Below, piece by piece: positions 1 to 12,270 of a DNA stretch of 64,000 nucleotides. The notes beneath the pieces are model-generated. The model did not search any database and was not told the DNA's origin. It saw nothing but the letters and a program-made list of their open reading frames with translations. The number at the start of each line of letters is the position of its first letter. The first letter of the stretch is position 1. The translations under genes and the position numbers were made by a program. Source of the DNA: Antedon mediterranea (taxonomy: Eukaryota; Animalia; Echinodermata); NCBI RefSeq assembly GCF_964355755.1, contig NC_092672.1, positions 12,834,001 through 12,898,000 of the forward strand, read 5' to 3'.

Positions 1-1277
1 TCAAATCACCGAGGAGAGCAATTCGCTCTCCTTGCAAAAATTTTAAATCGCTCTCCTCAAATATTTATGTTGAAGTTGAAGGATGGTCGCCCTTATTAAA
101 AATGGCTGGCCCTTATTAATTTTTTGTACACATTTTTTTGCCCGACAGGGGATAACCCCCCCCCCCCCCCCCCCGGGCACAACAAATGTATACTGTACCT
201 CTCCCCTAAAATCCCCCACACCCACCTTTACACACAATATTTTCCGTGGGGATCGTATTATTCTACAGTAAAAAAACTCTAGCCAATTTTTTTTTATGGC
301 CTGCCTGGGTAGATTGGGTTTCAGGAGCCTGGAGAATCCTGTCCTGGCCAACTATTATGCCTTTAGCCTAGCTTTTCTAGCCTAGCTTGTTGGCCTAGAA
401 ATCAGACAGAAAACCTGAAAAGTATTTACCTGCAATTCATAAATTATACAATTCTAACATGCAACAGTCATTAAAATATTGATAATAAGTTACAAAGTGT
501 CATTTTAAAATAATTAAGAAAGATATTTGATCGTGTTTACATGTGTCACACATGGGCGCACGCACAATAGGGGAGGGAGGGCTGAGAGAGCTTCTAGAAG
601 ATGCTGACGTCACACGTCAGCACGTGTTTTGAGGAGGATTTGAGTGACCAAAATTGGTTAGAACTTTCGAAGAAATAATCCATCTTCAAAATGACATAAT
701 TAAAGCAACCAGCAGCTAAGCTTTTTTAAATAATAAACATTATATTTAGGCCTCCTATATTAATGTTTCCTTTTAAAATTAAATATATTTTATTAACTCG
801 TTCCATAAAAACATAAAAATTATTGGTTGGGACATGATCTTCCTGTAAAGGAGGTGTTTCTATGACACCGTACTGGTTGCACTATGAGGCGATGAAGTAA
901 ACTCGCCCTTGAATGCGCGCAGGCAGGGGAATCCCCTTTGTTGGTACCTCGTCGCACTAGGTGAGATGGAGCGCGATGAATTGCTCTCCTTTTCGAAGGT
1001 TGTTGATTGCGATCGCGCTCGCGATCCTTAAAAACGAGGGACTGCCATTAGGCTTGTAGCTTTATAACTTAGCTTATATATTATTAGCCTAGGCCTAGAT
1101 TGGTTTTAACTTTTAAAAATCCACGTGTTTTTAGGCCTCTTGACAGAAAAATCAACACTGTCAAAAGCTAGGCTCTATTTTGAAAATTAAGGAGCGCAAT
1201 AAATTGCTCTCCTCGAAGCCTGTTGAGGAGCGCGGAGGAGCGCGGTCGCGCAGGCGCTCCTTATAAATGATGCCCTG
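1..1277. mobile_element. Right-hand part of a non-autonomous hAT-like DNA transposon; the left end lies outside the window
   Basis: Ends in ...GATGCCCTG at 1277 (reverse complement of a CAGGG terminus). Repeated subterminal GGAGCGC/GCTCTCC motifs occur at about 12-31, 968-990 and 1190-1260. The partner TIR and TSD are not visible. Confidence 0.5.
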
Positions 1278-1369
1278 TAGTAGCACTACTACAACCACTA
1301 GTCATGCTGCTAGTACTAGTAGGCCTAGTAGTAGCAGAAGTAGTAGTAGCATAGCATAAAATAAAATAG

Positions 1370-2765
1370 CATAGACCAAAGTATTGCGAGTGAACACAGA
1401 CGACTGTTCAATCGAAATTATGTAAGTTGCATCATGTTACTAAACCCCCTTCTTCTTGGCACCCGAATCGTTTACTATTGTACCGATAGATAGCTTATTA
1501 AGTGGCTCCAAGCCTGTACCAATCCAGTTTAAATAATTTTCAATACAATGGTATTTTAACATGTTGTCCATCACATTTTTATTAATTTTGTTGGAGACTT
1601 ACCTGGCCGTTCAGTAAAACATCATATATTTTTTGTATTACAAGTAAAATTAACATTTTGAACGAGTTTTTATCACTGTGTACATATAATATTATTTCAG
1701 AGACAAACCCCATATTATAACAGGGGTCATAGCAACAACAGTACCAGTAGTAAAGCATCTGGAAAAGGTACCATGGTAATTGTTTTATCGCATCAATTTT
1801 AATTGTATTTTCTCAATGAGAGTTTAGAAGCTGTCGTGTGTAATGTATTTAGGTCGGTACAGTTATTACGTCATGTTATAGTTGAGTTCGGATAATACTG
1901 CCAATCAGGTTTATTGGTGTATATTTTTTATATAAAGTTGAAATGTTAACAGTTTTATTAAACATATAATAAAAAGAATAACGATGTTATGTAATTCCTA
2001 ACATATCTGTATATTTGATAACCTCCAACAATTAGCCCATGTAACAAAATTTGCTATTTAACCAAAAATAATCAAAAACATGCCTAATAATAATACAAGG
2101 AGGTCTTATCTTCTTAATTGACCGAAATGATTATTAATATTAATAAAAGATGGTTTTTATAAGATGTTTTATCCTTTGTTAGGAAGAACATTGACAAGAT
2201 TTTTAGTATGCCTCATGGAACACAAAATGGAAACTGTTCCTACTGTAGCCCAACGTCGAAAACTGAAAGATAACGGCTATGGCGAGAAGAAAATTGTGTT
2301 TCCAGCGGAAGGCAATCAAGACGATTTTTGCAACCTGGTATTTAAGTAAGATAATTTTTCTAATGTTTTCACATCGAAATGTTTTCTGTGGTGATTTTGC
2401 CAAAATACTGTTTGTTAAAGAGAAAATAATCAACTATGATGATGATGCTTATGACATTTTGCAAATGAGAACAAAATTCTACATATTTATTTTTAATTTG
2501 TTTTTGTAGAACATTTCCGTTGCTTGCAAATTGCGGAGGGTTTGAGATAACAACAGGTGATCGCAAAAAACTGATTGTTGTCCATTACGGGCCATGTAAA
2601 GTTCAAGACCTTAGAACATTTGGTTCTGGAAAATTATACATTCGCCCATTGCAGCGGGATATACCGGAGGCAGAAATACCATTAGTGGAAGCCCGAGAAA
2701 AATGTTTAAATTGTAGGGCCGACATTTCCATGAAGAACATGAAAGTGCACATCAAATATTGCATG
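1370..2765 (+). pseudogene. Spliced remnant of an N-terminal region typical of transposon-associated, G2E3-like HECT ligase proteins; no HECT domain in the window
   Basis: Putative exons at about 1370-1420 (EHRRLFNRNY|gtaagt), 1701-1768, 2183-2345 and 2510-2765, with GT-AG ends. The last two splice in frame: GYGEKKIVF...FPLLANCGGFE...LYIRPLQRDI...EKCLNC...HIKYC. Family call is from remembered motifs. Confidence 0.45.
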
Positions 2766-3120
2766 GTAATTACCTGTGAAAGAGAAGAAAGTAGTATTGG
2801 TAATCAGTTTCAGTTTTCAGAAACGAGAATTGAAAATCAATTTTCCCGATACGGACTTGCCGGTAATTACCGGTTTTCAGATATTATCAATATTCTCCTT
2901 TTTTTATTTGATTTGTATAATACATTTTTAACATAACAAAATGCTTAATTTGAATATTTCTATCATAATTTAGGCTAACAACTTTTTTTTCACTCGACCA
3001 CGCAATATTACTGTACATTATCTTCTCTTATTGAACAGACTACTGAGGCTAGGCCCTAGGTAGGTCTGTAGCTAGCTACAGATACTGATAGTAATTACTA
3101 ATTGTAATGATTTCGTATTA

Positions 3121-3397
3121 TTAATAACGTTGACAACCCTCACTAAGAGTGGACGATTCCGAAACAGTTGGATGAAGTGGGTGCGCGTTGAAGGCGATCG
3201 CGCACTAAAAAAGTTCTGACGCACTATGAATTAATTTTACTGTTGTTCAAAACAAAATTAATAACGTTGACAACCCTCGCTAAGAGTGGACGATTCCGAA
3301 ACAGTTGGATGAACACCGCTGCTGGGCGTTGAAGGCGATCGCGCACTAAAAAAGTTCTGACGCACTATGAATTAATTTTACTGTTGTTCAAAACAAA
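3121..3397. repeat. Tandem duplication, 2 x about 138 bp
   Basis: ttaataacgttgacaaccctc...gttcaaaacaaa at 3121-3257 and 3258-3397, with few differences. Confidence 0.9.
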
Positions 3398-3762
3398 TTG
3401 TATTGTAATATGATGTGCGCTGAAAGGCGCGCGCGACCTGAACTTATGATATATAGTTTATGCAAAGAAACTACTAGGAGGCCTACCTCTACCTCTACCT
3501 GCTGGATATCGAGACATTAATGCTTATGTGCCCCCGTATGTGCCCCTCTTGACTTGACCATCATCTTCTTAGGTTCATATGGGCTGTATTTCTAACGGGC
3601 CGCTGGTCTGTCCAGTGCACGATTTTACAGTGCTGCATTAAATTGATTTATGGTTAGGGATTCTATTACGTGTTTGAACTCTCTTTGGTTTATGACAAAA
3701 ATGGCTTTAGAAGCAAAAGTGTGTGGCGGCAATCACTCCAAAGGAGAGATTGGCTTCCTTTC

Positions 3763-5697
3763 TGTAGTGTATTGACCACTATAGTATACATCATACTGTA
3801 AATAGTTATGCCGCCCTCTGTTGTTCATTAAAGCCATTACTCTACAAAATGGATACCGTAGTATGAGTCATGTGTATGATAGTCTACTGTTAAACAAGGG
3901 CTAATACATCACAATTGGCGACGAGAATATAACGGAAAGCGCGTCAATAAGAAGATTAATCTGTGAGTAAGAATATTCAATAGTTAATATTCTACAATCT
4001 GCTAAGATGAGTACTATAATTGGTAGACTCGATCCGTATGACGGCGAGGCAGAGGACTGGGCCTCCTATGTGGAAAGGTTAGAGGCATATTTCATGGCAA
4101 ACGGCGTGGATGACGACAAGCGTGTACCTACGTTACTCAGCTTGATAGGGCCTAAGACTTACGGTCTTCTGAAGAACTTAGTGGCACCTGATTTACCATC
4201 AACCAAAACATTTCCGGAACTTGTGGATTCGTTGGAAAGGCATCTGAGTCCTAAACCTCTAGTTATAGCTGAAAGATTCAGGTTTCACAAACGTGAGCAG
4301 CATGAAGGTGAAACAATCCAGGCCTATTTAGCGGATTTACGACGCCTTACCAAACACTGAATTTGGAGCACAGCTAAATGACGCCCTGCGGGATCGTCTT
4401 GTTTGCGGAATTAGGTTAGGCAGTATACAAAAAAGACTGTTGGCTGAGGCAAAGCTTACATTAGCGAAAGCGCTACAAATGGCAGTTGCTATGGAAACTG
4501 CAACGAAGGATGCTTCGCTACTACAACAACAGTTTAAAGAAGAACCACAGAGTACTGTGAACAAGATAAACGTGAAACACTATAATAAGCAGCAATTATG
4601 TTATCGCTGCAACTAGGGTGGTCATAAGGCAAACGACTGCCGGTACAAAGAAGTTGAGTGCCATAACTGTAAAAAGAAGGGACATATCAAGGCTGCATGC
4701 CGGAGTAAATCAAAACAAACACCACACCAAACTAAGAAGGGTAAGCGAGTGAATGTTGTTGATGAAGAAGACAACCTTCTAGCCATGGTGTATGTTAATA
4801 ATGTAGACGTTGGGAAATCAGTAAAGATAAAACCAACGATAGATAATATCCCATTGGACATGATAGTGGATACTGGCAGTGCACTCTCGTTGATTTCGAC
4901 AGAAGATTTTGAGAAATATTTTAGGAATACAGACTTGTTGCCGACCAAAGTTCAACTTAGAACTTATACTGGAGAAGAAGTAAAGACAAAAGGGTATTTG
5001 AAGGCCAAAGTAGAATACAACGGACAGAAACACGATGGAAAACTATATGTAGTAGAAAGAGGTGGACCCCCGTTGTTTGGTCGTCAGTGGTTGACACATA
5101 TCAAGTTAGACTGGGCCAGCATCTTCACAGTGAAGGCTGACCACAACAAAGCTGATGTACCAGCAATACTGAATAAATTTCCAAAACTCTTTAACAAAAT
5201 TGGAAAGGTGAATGGGGTAAAAGGTAATCTTACCTTACAGGATGGAGCACAACCAGTTTTTATTAAGGCAAGGAATGTACCATATGCACTTCGACCTGCA
5301 GTTGAAGCCGAATTAAGGAACCTCGAGAGTCAGGGAATCATCACCCCGATTCAAACTAGTGATTGGGCAACCCCAATAGTGCCTGTACCAAAAAGTAATG
5401 GAGATGTTAGGTTGTGTGGAGACTACAAAGTTACAGTAAATCCAAAGTTAAAAGTTGACTGCTACCCTCTTCCAAGAATCGAGGATGTTTTCGCAACCTT
5501 AGCGGGTGGACAGAAGTTCACCAAACTAGATTTGAAACAAGCATATTTACATTTAGAGATGGAAGAAGAATCCAGAAACATGCTGACCATAAATACACAC
5601 AAAGGGCTATTCCAGTTTAATCGACTAGCGTATGGCATTGCATCTGCTCCTGCCATATGGCAGCGGACCATGGAACAAATCCTGAATGGTATTCTGC
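3763..5697 (+). mobile_element. 3'-truncated Ty3/Gypsy (Mag-like) LTR retrotransposon
   Basis: Putative 5' LTR TGT...ACA at 3763-3913, then PBS TGGCGACGAG at 3916 (complementary to the tRNA-Ser(GCU) 3' end), then gag, protease and partial RT. No second LTR. Confidence 0.88.
4007..5697 (+). pseudogene. gag-pol: Disrupted gag-pol: Gag, two CCHC knuckles, aspartic protease and N-terminal half of RT
   Basis: DWASYVERLEAYF; frameshift at about 4358 (continues EFGAQLNDALRDRLVCG); TAG inside the first knuckle (CYRCN*GGH); protease VDTGS; RT WATPIVPV, RLCGDYK, KLDLKQAY. Breaks off just before the YxDD motif. Confidence 0.9.
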
Positions 5698-7483
5698 AGG
5701 AATGCGAAAGAGTAGCTTGACAGGGGTAAAACGAATATCTGTGCAACCGACTGCAATTGCTCAAAGAAAACGGATGGCTGTTGGTGGCCGGAAAAGTGAC
5801 AGGCGGGGGCGGCCTAGTCAATTGGCCCGCATATCCGAACATGGATATTCAGCTCAAAAATCAAAATCATCAAAGCTGCTACCTTCCATACTACCCAAAG
5901 GCCGCCGCCGAGCTCAACCCCACAGCCTATCTACATGCGTTATTGCCAACTCGTCTCTTTGAAAAGCACATTAAAGTATTTAAAGATGTATTGTCCCTTT
6001 GAATAAATGAAAATGAAAAAAAAAAGATTTTAAGTCTGTATCTCAGTTAAATGATTTTTAAAAAATTTAATTTTTGGTAAAAGTGAATAAATATTATGAT
6101 ACTTCAAAATGGCTTATTTAATTTCAAAATCATTTTTTACCTTTTTTTAAATATTTATTCACAGGGAACAATACATCTTTAATAAACATCTATATCGTTA
6201 ATACATTCGGTGCTTTTGTAAGAAGTTTAATTACGAACCCGTCGATTCCTGGTGGTTTATATATTTTTGACATTTGACTGCATTTTTTTATTTTATCAAA
6301 AGTAAAATCTTTGTTCATGTTGTCTAGATCACGATTATCATGAATATTTTCATTATTAAAATCGTTTAACGGGAAGCGAAATGGCTCAATATGTATAATG
6401 TCCGTTGGTTGAAATAAAGCTTTAAAATGGTTGAACCAACCTAATAGATTTCAGAAACTTTGGTTTTCTTAGGCTCTTTCAATTTACTCCGAAATGATTT
6501 AATGTTATTTTTATTAGGCCTGAGTGCTTTAATTTAGTAGTTTTTTTTTGACAGTATATAAAAGGATGACGATGACAAAAGTGTATTTTGACCGTGCCAA
6601 CCCGATGTTGCCGTCATGAAGGCCCTAAAAAGATTACCGCGGCGCGACTTGCTTATCTCATCGCATAAATCATGTTTTCCCACGTGAAATTGAAATTAAT
6701 GCATAAAACGTACGCGAAACGGAAATAAACATTGAGAGAGGTGAATTCCTCCATGGAAATTAAATTAAATTAATATATTACTCCATGGCGAGAGAAAGTA
6801 AAAATACTTCCAAGAAACCCTTCACAAGTTTCCGCTTTTTGGGTTTAGCCGCTCTTATTTATAATTATTTTATCTCAAACATTGTACATAGAAAAGAGCA
6901 ATAAATGTTACGAAAAAACATTTCAACGATGGCGACACGATAGAAATGCGGGAAATTGTAAGCATCTGTCTGTTGTGCAAGGAGCTAGTCAATTGATGCA
7001 TTGTTGACGTTCGTAACTTTGACACAATTACCCTCACTGAATAATTATGTCGCCTGTTACGAACATAAAATTAAATTCATACATGCTGTATGAATTTAAT
7101 TTTATACATAATTTATTAAGTATTCTGCAATAAATGTATTACGTTTTGATAAGTGTTATTTTCCTATGTTTATAGAGATTTTGTTGATGTTCGTAAAACA
7201 TGTTTATGTGTGTCGTGTCCAGTCTGTTACGAACGTCATTTGGAAGATTGACCCACACCACATGTGCAGAGCGCTAGTCTGTCATCACTGGTCGTTGATA
7301 AGGAAGCCCCAGCAGTACAACTAATAATATACACAATAAAACGTCTGGATACAGGTCAAATTTAAAGCTGCGATGACGTGAATCAACAGTCAAAATTGTT
7401 GGTGTCTTTGTTACCAACATAATCAACTATTGAATTTTGTATTTATTATACAAAGCTGGGTTTACAAACAACCATATGGTATG

Positions 7484-7665
7484 TGTAGTGTCGTACAGTT
7501 TATAAATGGGTTATTTAGTAAACACATCCTGGAAACGCCAGACTCATGTAGAATACGCATGCGTGCAGGACACGCTGTAGTACCAAACAGCATGTAATAA
7601 AAAGATAGAACTGCATTTATAGTGTCTACCGAATCTTTATTAAAGTCATCATAAACAATATTACA
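7484..7665 (+). repeat. 5' LTR (182 bp)
   Basis: TGT...ACA; differs from the 3' LTR by one substitution and one A indel. Confidence 0.97.
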
Positions 7666-7691
7666 CTGGCGACGAGTAGGATCAAGTAAAA

Positions 7692-7868
7692 ATGGAATCC
7701 ACACTGGCAAACTTCCCGAACTTCAAAATATGAAATTCCGGCGACGATGCGCAAGAATTCGAAAAATACGCAGGCCGACTCGAAAATTTTTTCACGGCTA
7801 TGAACATCCGGGACGACAAGAGAAAGAGAGCACTGTTGCTTCACTATGCAGGTGAGAAGGTATACGAG
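7692..7868 (+). pseudogene. gag: Gag N-terminus of the Gypsy element, cut off by the 8.1-kb insertion
   Basis: MESTLANFPNFKI*NSGDDAQEFEKYAGRLENFFTAMNIRDDKRKRALLLHYAGEKVYE is a typical Mag-type Gag start, with one in-frame TGA. Confidence 0.85.
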
Positions 7869-7870
7869 CA

Positions 7871-7992
7871 ACAACTGGTCGCGTTCGTCGTCTGCGCTGC
7901 GTCTCACAGGAGTCGGACGCGTGTACAACGTTCGTTACATTGGAGCGTCTCGGTGTACACGGTGGTGGTGGTGGTGGTGGTGGTGGTGGTGG

Positions 7993-8063
<71 letters not shown>

Positions 8064-8497
8064 TAATGAATATCGATTCAGCGCCACCGCCCATACTCGT
8101 TCACGTATCACCGCTGTTGTCTGAAGAAACGTTGCGGGTACACAACGTGAGTTTAAACTCGATCGTCGGTGGCTCTGTTGTGTTGAATCGACTGTATGGC
8201 TCGATGACAGTGTCTAGATCTACGCTCGTCGAGCGTGTAGAGTGTGTTCGACTGGAACTCATCAGAAACGCCACCAAACTATTGGACTGGGACCGATGGA
8301 TGTCGTTAGGCTGCTCCAGTACTGTACATGAAGACGACTGTGATTGTACACTAGAATTGATTACCTGTTGTACAGCGTTTTTAGTAGCGATCGTGTCTGT
8401 CTACGCAATATGCGCTGGAGCCAGAATGCACGTGCATAACCGCAAAGTGGCTGAAAGTGCTCTGGCCGAAGATCATTCATTTCATCAATCAAAGTGA
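7871..8497 (+). CDS. 5'-truncated orphan ORF with poly-Gly/poly-Asp tract and Cys-rich hydrophobic C-terminus
   Basis: The frame is open from the insertion junction (TTGRVRRLRCVSQESDAC...) to TGA at 8497. Its end overlaps the convergent ORF by 13 bp. Confidence 0.5.
7961..8062. repeat. Compound microsatellite (GGT)11(GAT)~23
   Basis: Read directly from the sequence. Confidence 0.97.
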
Positions 8498-8916
8498 AAA
8501 AAATGTTTGATTCGTTTTGCAAAGCGTCCGCGCGTCAAAGAATGACCGCCGGGATCAAGTCTGTGTAACTGATAGCACATTTCTCGATGCAAAGTTCTAA
8601 AGATGCGTTTTAATGTGGCCATATAATGAGAGACGAGAGGCCAAGTATTGTACAAAACCACGACGGATATGATAAGATATCGCCGAATCACGTCCAAGAT
8701 TAGATTTAGATGAAAGGCAAAGCAGATATCGTCCTGATAACTGACGGAGCAGTCACCGTGCGTCGGTTGCCATACGAGTAGATTCATTGGATAATAGACA
8801 AGATAACGAGTGAACGTTATCGAGGAAAACCATCGCATCGGGTTTCGTATATTAATGCCTTGTATATTATAATCATTCATACAAGTCCGATAAAAGTATG
8901 ACGCGTGAGGGCGCAC
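8485..8916 (-). CDS. Orphan ORF (probable start MNDYN..., about 130 aa)
   Basis: Intronless ORF convergent with 7871-8497; no recognisable domain. Confidence 0.35.
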   Translation of the reverse strand: MRPHASYFYRTCMNDYNIQGINIRNPMRWFSSITFTRYLVYYPMNLLVWQPTHGDCSVSYQDDICFAFHLNLILDVIRRYLIISVVVLYNTWPLVSHYMATLKRIFRTLHREMCYQLHRLDPGGHSLTRGRFAKRIKHFFHFD

Positions 8917-8987
8917 TTTATTCTATGAAAGGCCATTTTGATTTGTACACATATCTGTAAATATTTTAGTTTATAATTGGGTTTTCT

Positions 8988-9746
8988 TTATATGTTATGT
9001 AATTTATTATACAATTTATTGTAAACTATATTTAAATTATTCATCGGCGGCGACGACGACGACGACGACGCAACATCATCATCGCATTGTGGACTGTAGA
9101 GACAGCCGAGTGCCATATAGAAACAAATACGTTTCACGTCGCCATTGATTATGTCAAAAATCGGCACGGGCATCGTCGATACATCGGCGCCGACAAAGTC
9201 AGCAACACAGTTTTTATTTCGTGAAGAAACGTTCATAAACACGTTGTCCCTACCGTATTGCTGCATTATTGTTTTCCTATTGTCTTCTCCAAGTACACTC
9301 ATGACTTGATTTTCAATTGTAGATTCGACAAGTCGCGATGATTCCAGAACACTTGCAACAACCGCGTACTCTTCTTCACCGTCCGTACACATCAATAACA
9401 TTGACATCTCGTGCATGCGTCCTTTTGCCTTTTGCAAAGATCCGATCATTCGACCGTATGATTGCGTTAGTGTATGTTCAGATCCATCGCAGAAAGCAAT
9501 TAGTTTACCGAGACTGCCTCGAACATTTATCATCGTGTTTGCCTTTGTTGATTCTTGCGGCGTCGGTGGTGGTGGTGATGGGTGTGGTTGTTGTTCTGAT
9601 GCTATATCATCTTCTTGTTGGTACTCCATGAAAACTGGTTCGACCGGGTCTTGCAATTCCAACATTGCCGTCTTTAATATGTCGTCGTCTGTTGAATTGA
9701 ACGCTAATAGGTTTTCTAAAAACATGTCCATATCGCAATGATCCAT
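8988..9746 (-). pseudogene. 3'-deleted copy of the orphan acidic/Pro-rich gene seen at 13537-15108
   Basis: Nearly identical to 14401-15168 as far as ...SSPPMN, then joined at an ATT microhomology to sequence matching 12560-12776. Confidence 0.7.
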
Positions 9747-10626
9747 GATGACTACTGACGAATGCACGGTGAGCGAGTTAACGTATATATAGACCCAAAC
9801 AGCCAATCAACGTCCAGCTTGAATAAGCGGTATTGACTACCATTTGAAGATGATGCGTTGTTTTTTGTTTTTGTTCACGCTGCTGTTTTTCGTAATGCAA
9901 TAAGAGTATCGATTAGAGTGTATTTGTGTACGTGTACATTGGAGAGAAAGAGAATGCTTTTGTCATGCAATCTGTTTCCCGTATAGTGGCGAGAAGACCT
10001 AACAATTACCTGATTTCAGCTATACTCGTGACTTTATTATGCTGTATTCCATTCGGTATTATAGGAATCGTGTACAGCGTAGATGTAAGTAATCTATTTC
10101 CTCTACAACCTCATCCCATCACCACTTTTTTTTTTTTTTTTAATCTATTTTAGTTTATATTCTTTTACTTTTACAGAGTTCGAGAAAGTTCGACTACGGT
10201 GACGGTGAGGGTGCAGCCAGATCAGCACGATCGGCAAAGAGATGGTCTATTGCAGGATTGCTGTTTGGAATCATCATCATCGTCGTCGTTTGCATCATAA
10301 TGGACCTTGAACTCAAGTCTACCTAATCATTCCACTCACCCTCCTTCGTTACAAGACATCATGTGATTCAAGCGAGAGGCAGTTGAAAACATTTGTATTT
10401 GATAATACATATATAACAGCGTTGTTGTTGTTGAATGATTATGTTTTTTTTTTTTCAAAAATAAATAATATGTGCATATAAATAATTTTTTCTGTCTTGC
10501 ATTTTGTATGATCAGGTGTTTTGGTACACGCATTGTAATGTTGTGGTTGTTTTTTTTTTTCTAAAGAATTATCGAACGAATGCTAAATGACCAAGTTTAA
10601 TGCGTTTACAATAAAATACATGCACT
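9039..10626. repeat. Direct duplication of about 1.6 kb, copy 1 (copy 2 at 14401-15989); 8835-9041 also matches 12560-12776
   Basis: Near-identical sequence and ORF translations in both copies. Confidence 0.96.
9965..10326 (+). CDS. CD225/dispanin (IFITM/PRRT1-like) membrane protein, copy 1; exons 9965-10084 and 10177-10326 (89 aa)
   Basis: PNNYLISAILVTLLCCIPFGIIGIVYS + SSRKFDYGDGEGAARSARSAKRWSIAGLLFGIIII is the CD225 signature (NYL, CC, PxG, GDxxGA), with a phase-0 GTAAGT...ACAG intron. Confidence 0.88.
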
Positions 10627-11700
10627 GTCCTTGGTGCGTGGGTATTGAAGAATAGTTTTGTCATAAAATTGTTAAAGATCATTTCATACATCGAATGAAT
10701 GCAATTGTCTTAAACGGCAAGTTAGATATTATAACGCGCCTATAATGCGCACCTTTGGCAACTGTATCGGTATTGAAAATGTTTTGGCATCGTTTGCCAT
10801 CGTATAATGAACCTTGGTATTAAGTTCTAAACCAATTTCAACTCACCCTCCTTCGTTAAAAGATTATCATGTGATTGAGAGCGGTAGAGGTAATGAATTA
10901 CTATTTCCTAATTTTATATACTGTAACATCTAAATGAACATTCTAGAATGTGTTTAGATTTTAAGAAACCGTGTATAATAATTATTATAAAAACATTCCA
11001 AAAGTATCTATTATTTTTGTTCTAAAGAATTATCGAACGAATGATTGATGATGACCAAGTTGAATGCGTTTACAATAAGAGATATACACTGTCCTCCTTT
11101 GTGCTGGGTGTATTGAAGAATAATTTTCTCATAAAACGGTTAAAGGGTCATTTCATATATCGAACAAATGCAAACGGGTACCAGTTTTCTGTCTCTTTTT
11201 TGTTCTAAAGAATTATCGATGACAGATGACCAAGTTGAATGCGTTTACAATAACAGCCACGCACTGTCCTCTTTGGTGCGCGTGTATTGAAGAATAATTT
11301 TCTCATAAAACTGTTAAAAGGGTCATTTCATACATCCAATGAATGCAAACGGGTACCAGTTTTCTGTCTCTTTTTTGACAGATGACCAAGTTGAAAGCGT
11401 TTACAATAAGAGACATGCATTGTCCATTGGTGCGGGAGTATTGAAGAATGGTTTTGTCATACAACTGTTAAAGGGTCATTTCATACATCGAACCAATGCA
11501 ATTGTCTTAAACGGCAAGTTAGATAATATATCTCGCCTATAATGCGTGCCTCTGCCACTCGGTATTGAATATGTTTAACCGTCATCATAAAATTTTCCAA
11601 CATTATACAGTAACATGTACATGGACATTCTAGAATGTGTTTAGATTTTAAGAAACCGTGTATAATAATTATTATAAGAACAATCAGAAACATTCCAAAA
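10561..11700. repeat. Degenerate direct-repeat block (about 4 partial copies of a 150-190 bp unit)
   Basis: The motif GACCAAGTT.AA.GCGTTTACAATAA...GTATTGAAGAAT...TCATTTCATA.ATC recurs at about 10590, 11053, 11228 and 11384. Confidence 0.85.
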
Positions 11701-11929
11701 GTATGATTAGAAACTGTAATACCAATAGAGTAAGAAGTATCATCTAGAAGGTTACGAACATATCGTATACAAGAAGAGGGAACGGGTAGTGTTCTCTCTC
11801 CGTTTGGGTGAACTGAATGCTTGAAAACATTGACTCGCGCTGTTTCCTGAAGTATGCTATCATTAGAAACTGTAATCGAATAGAATAAGAAGTATGATCT
11901 GGAAAGTTATAAACATTATTGTATATATA

Positions 11930-12270
11930 CAACACGCGATGAATGCACGGCATGTTATGCCTGTTACTGATTGCGCGACCGTATCAACTCGATCGGTAAA
12001 AAGAGATGGTGTATTGCTTCTTCTCGAAGTAAACAATATTTTAAATTGGTTCTCTCGGTATACAACACGCGATGAATGCACGGCATGTTATGCCTCTTAT
12101 TGATTGCACGACCGTATCAACTCGATCGGTAAAGAGACGGTGTATGTATCTACATGCACATTATAGAATAAGAGTGTGTTTGGATTTAAGAAACCATGTA
12201 TAATAATTATACAACGCGCGATGAATGCACGGCATGTTATGCATGTTACTGATTGCGCGGCTTACTCAAC
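11930..12270. repeat. Second direct-repeat block (3 copies)
   Basis: CAAC.CGCGATGAATGCACGGCATGTTATGC...TGATTGC at about 11930, 12063 and 12212. Confidence 0.88.

Noticed and set aside
6752-6786. CATGGA...TCCATG short inverted repeat resembling another P footprint
   Set aside because: Only about 6 bp matches the TIR and there is no adjacent 7-bp direct repeat.
7798-8094. Poly-Val/poly-Met and poly-Ser/poly-Pro ORFs
   Set aside because: They are alternative-frame readings of the (GGT)n(GAT)n microsatellite.
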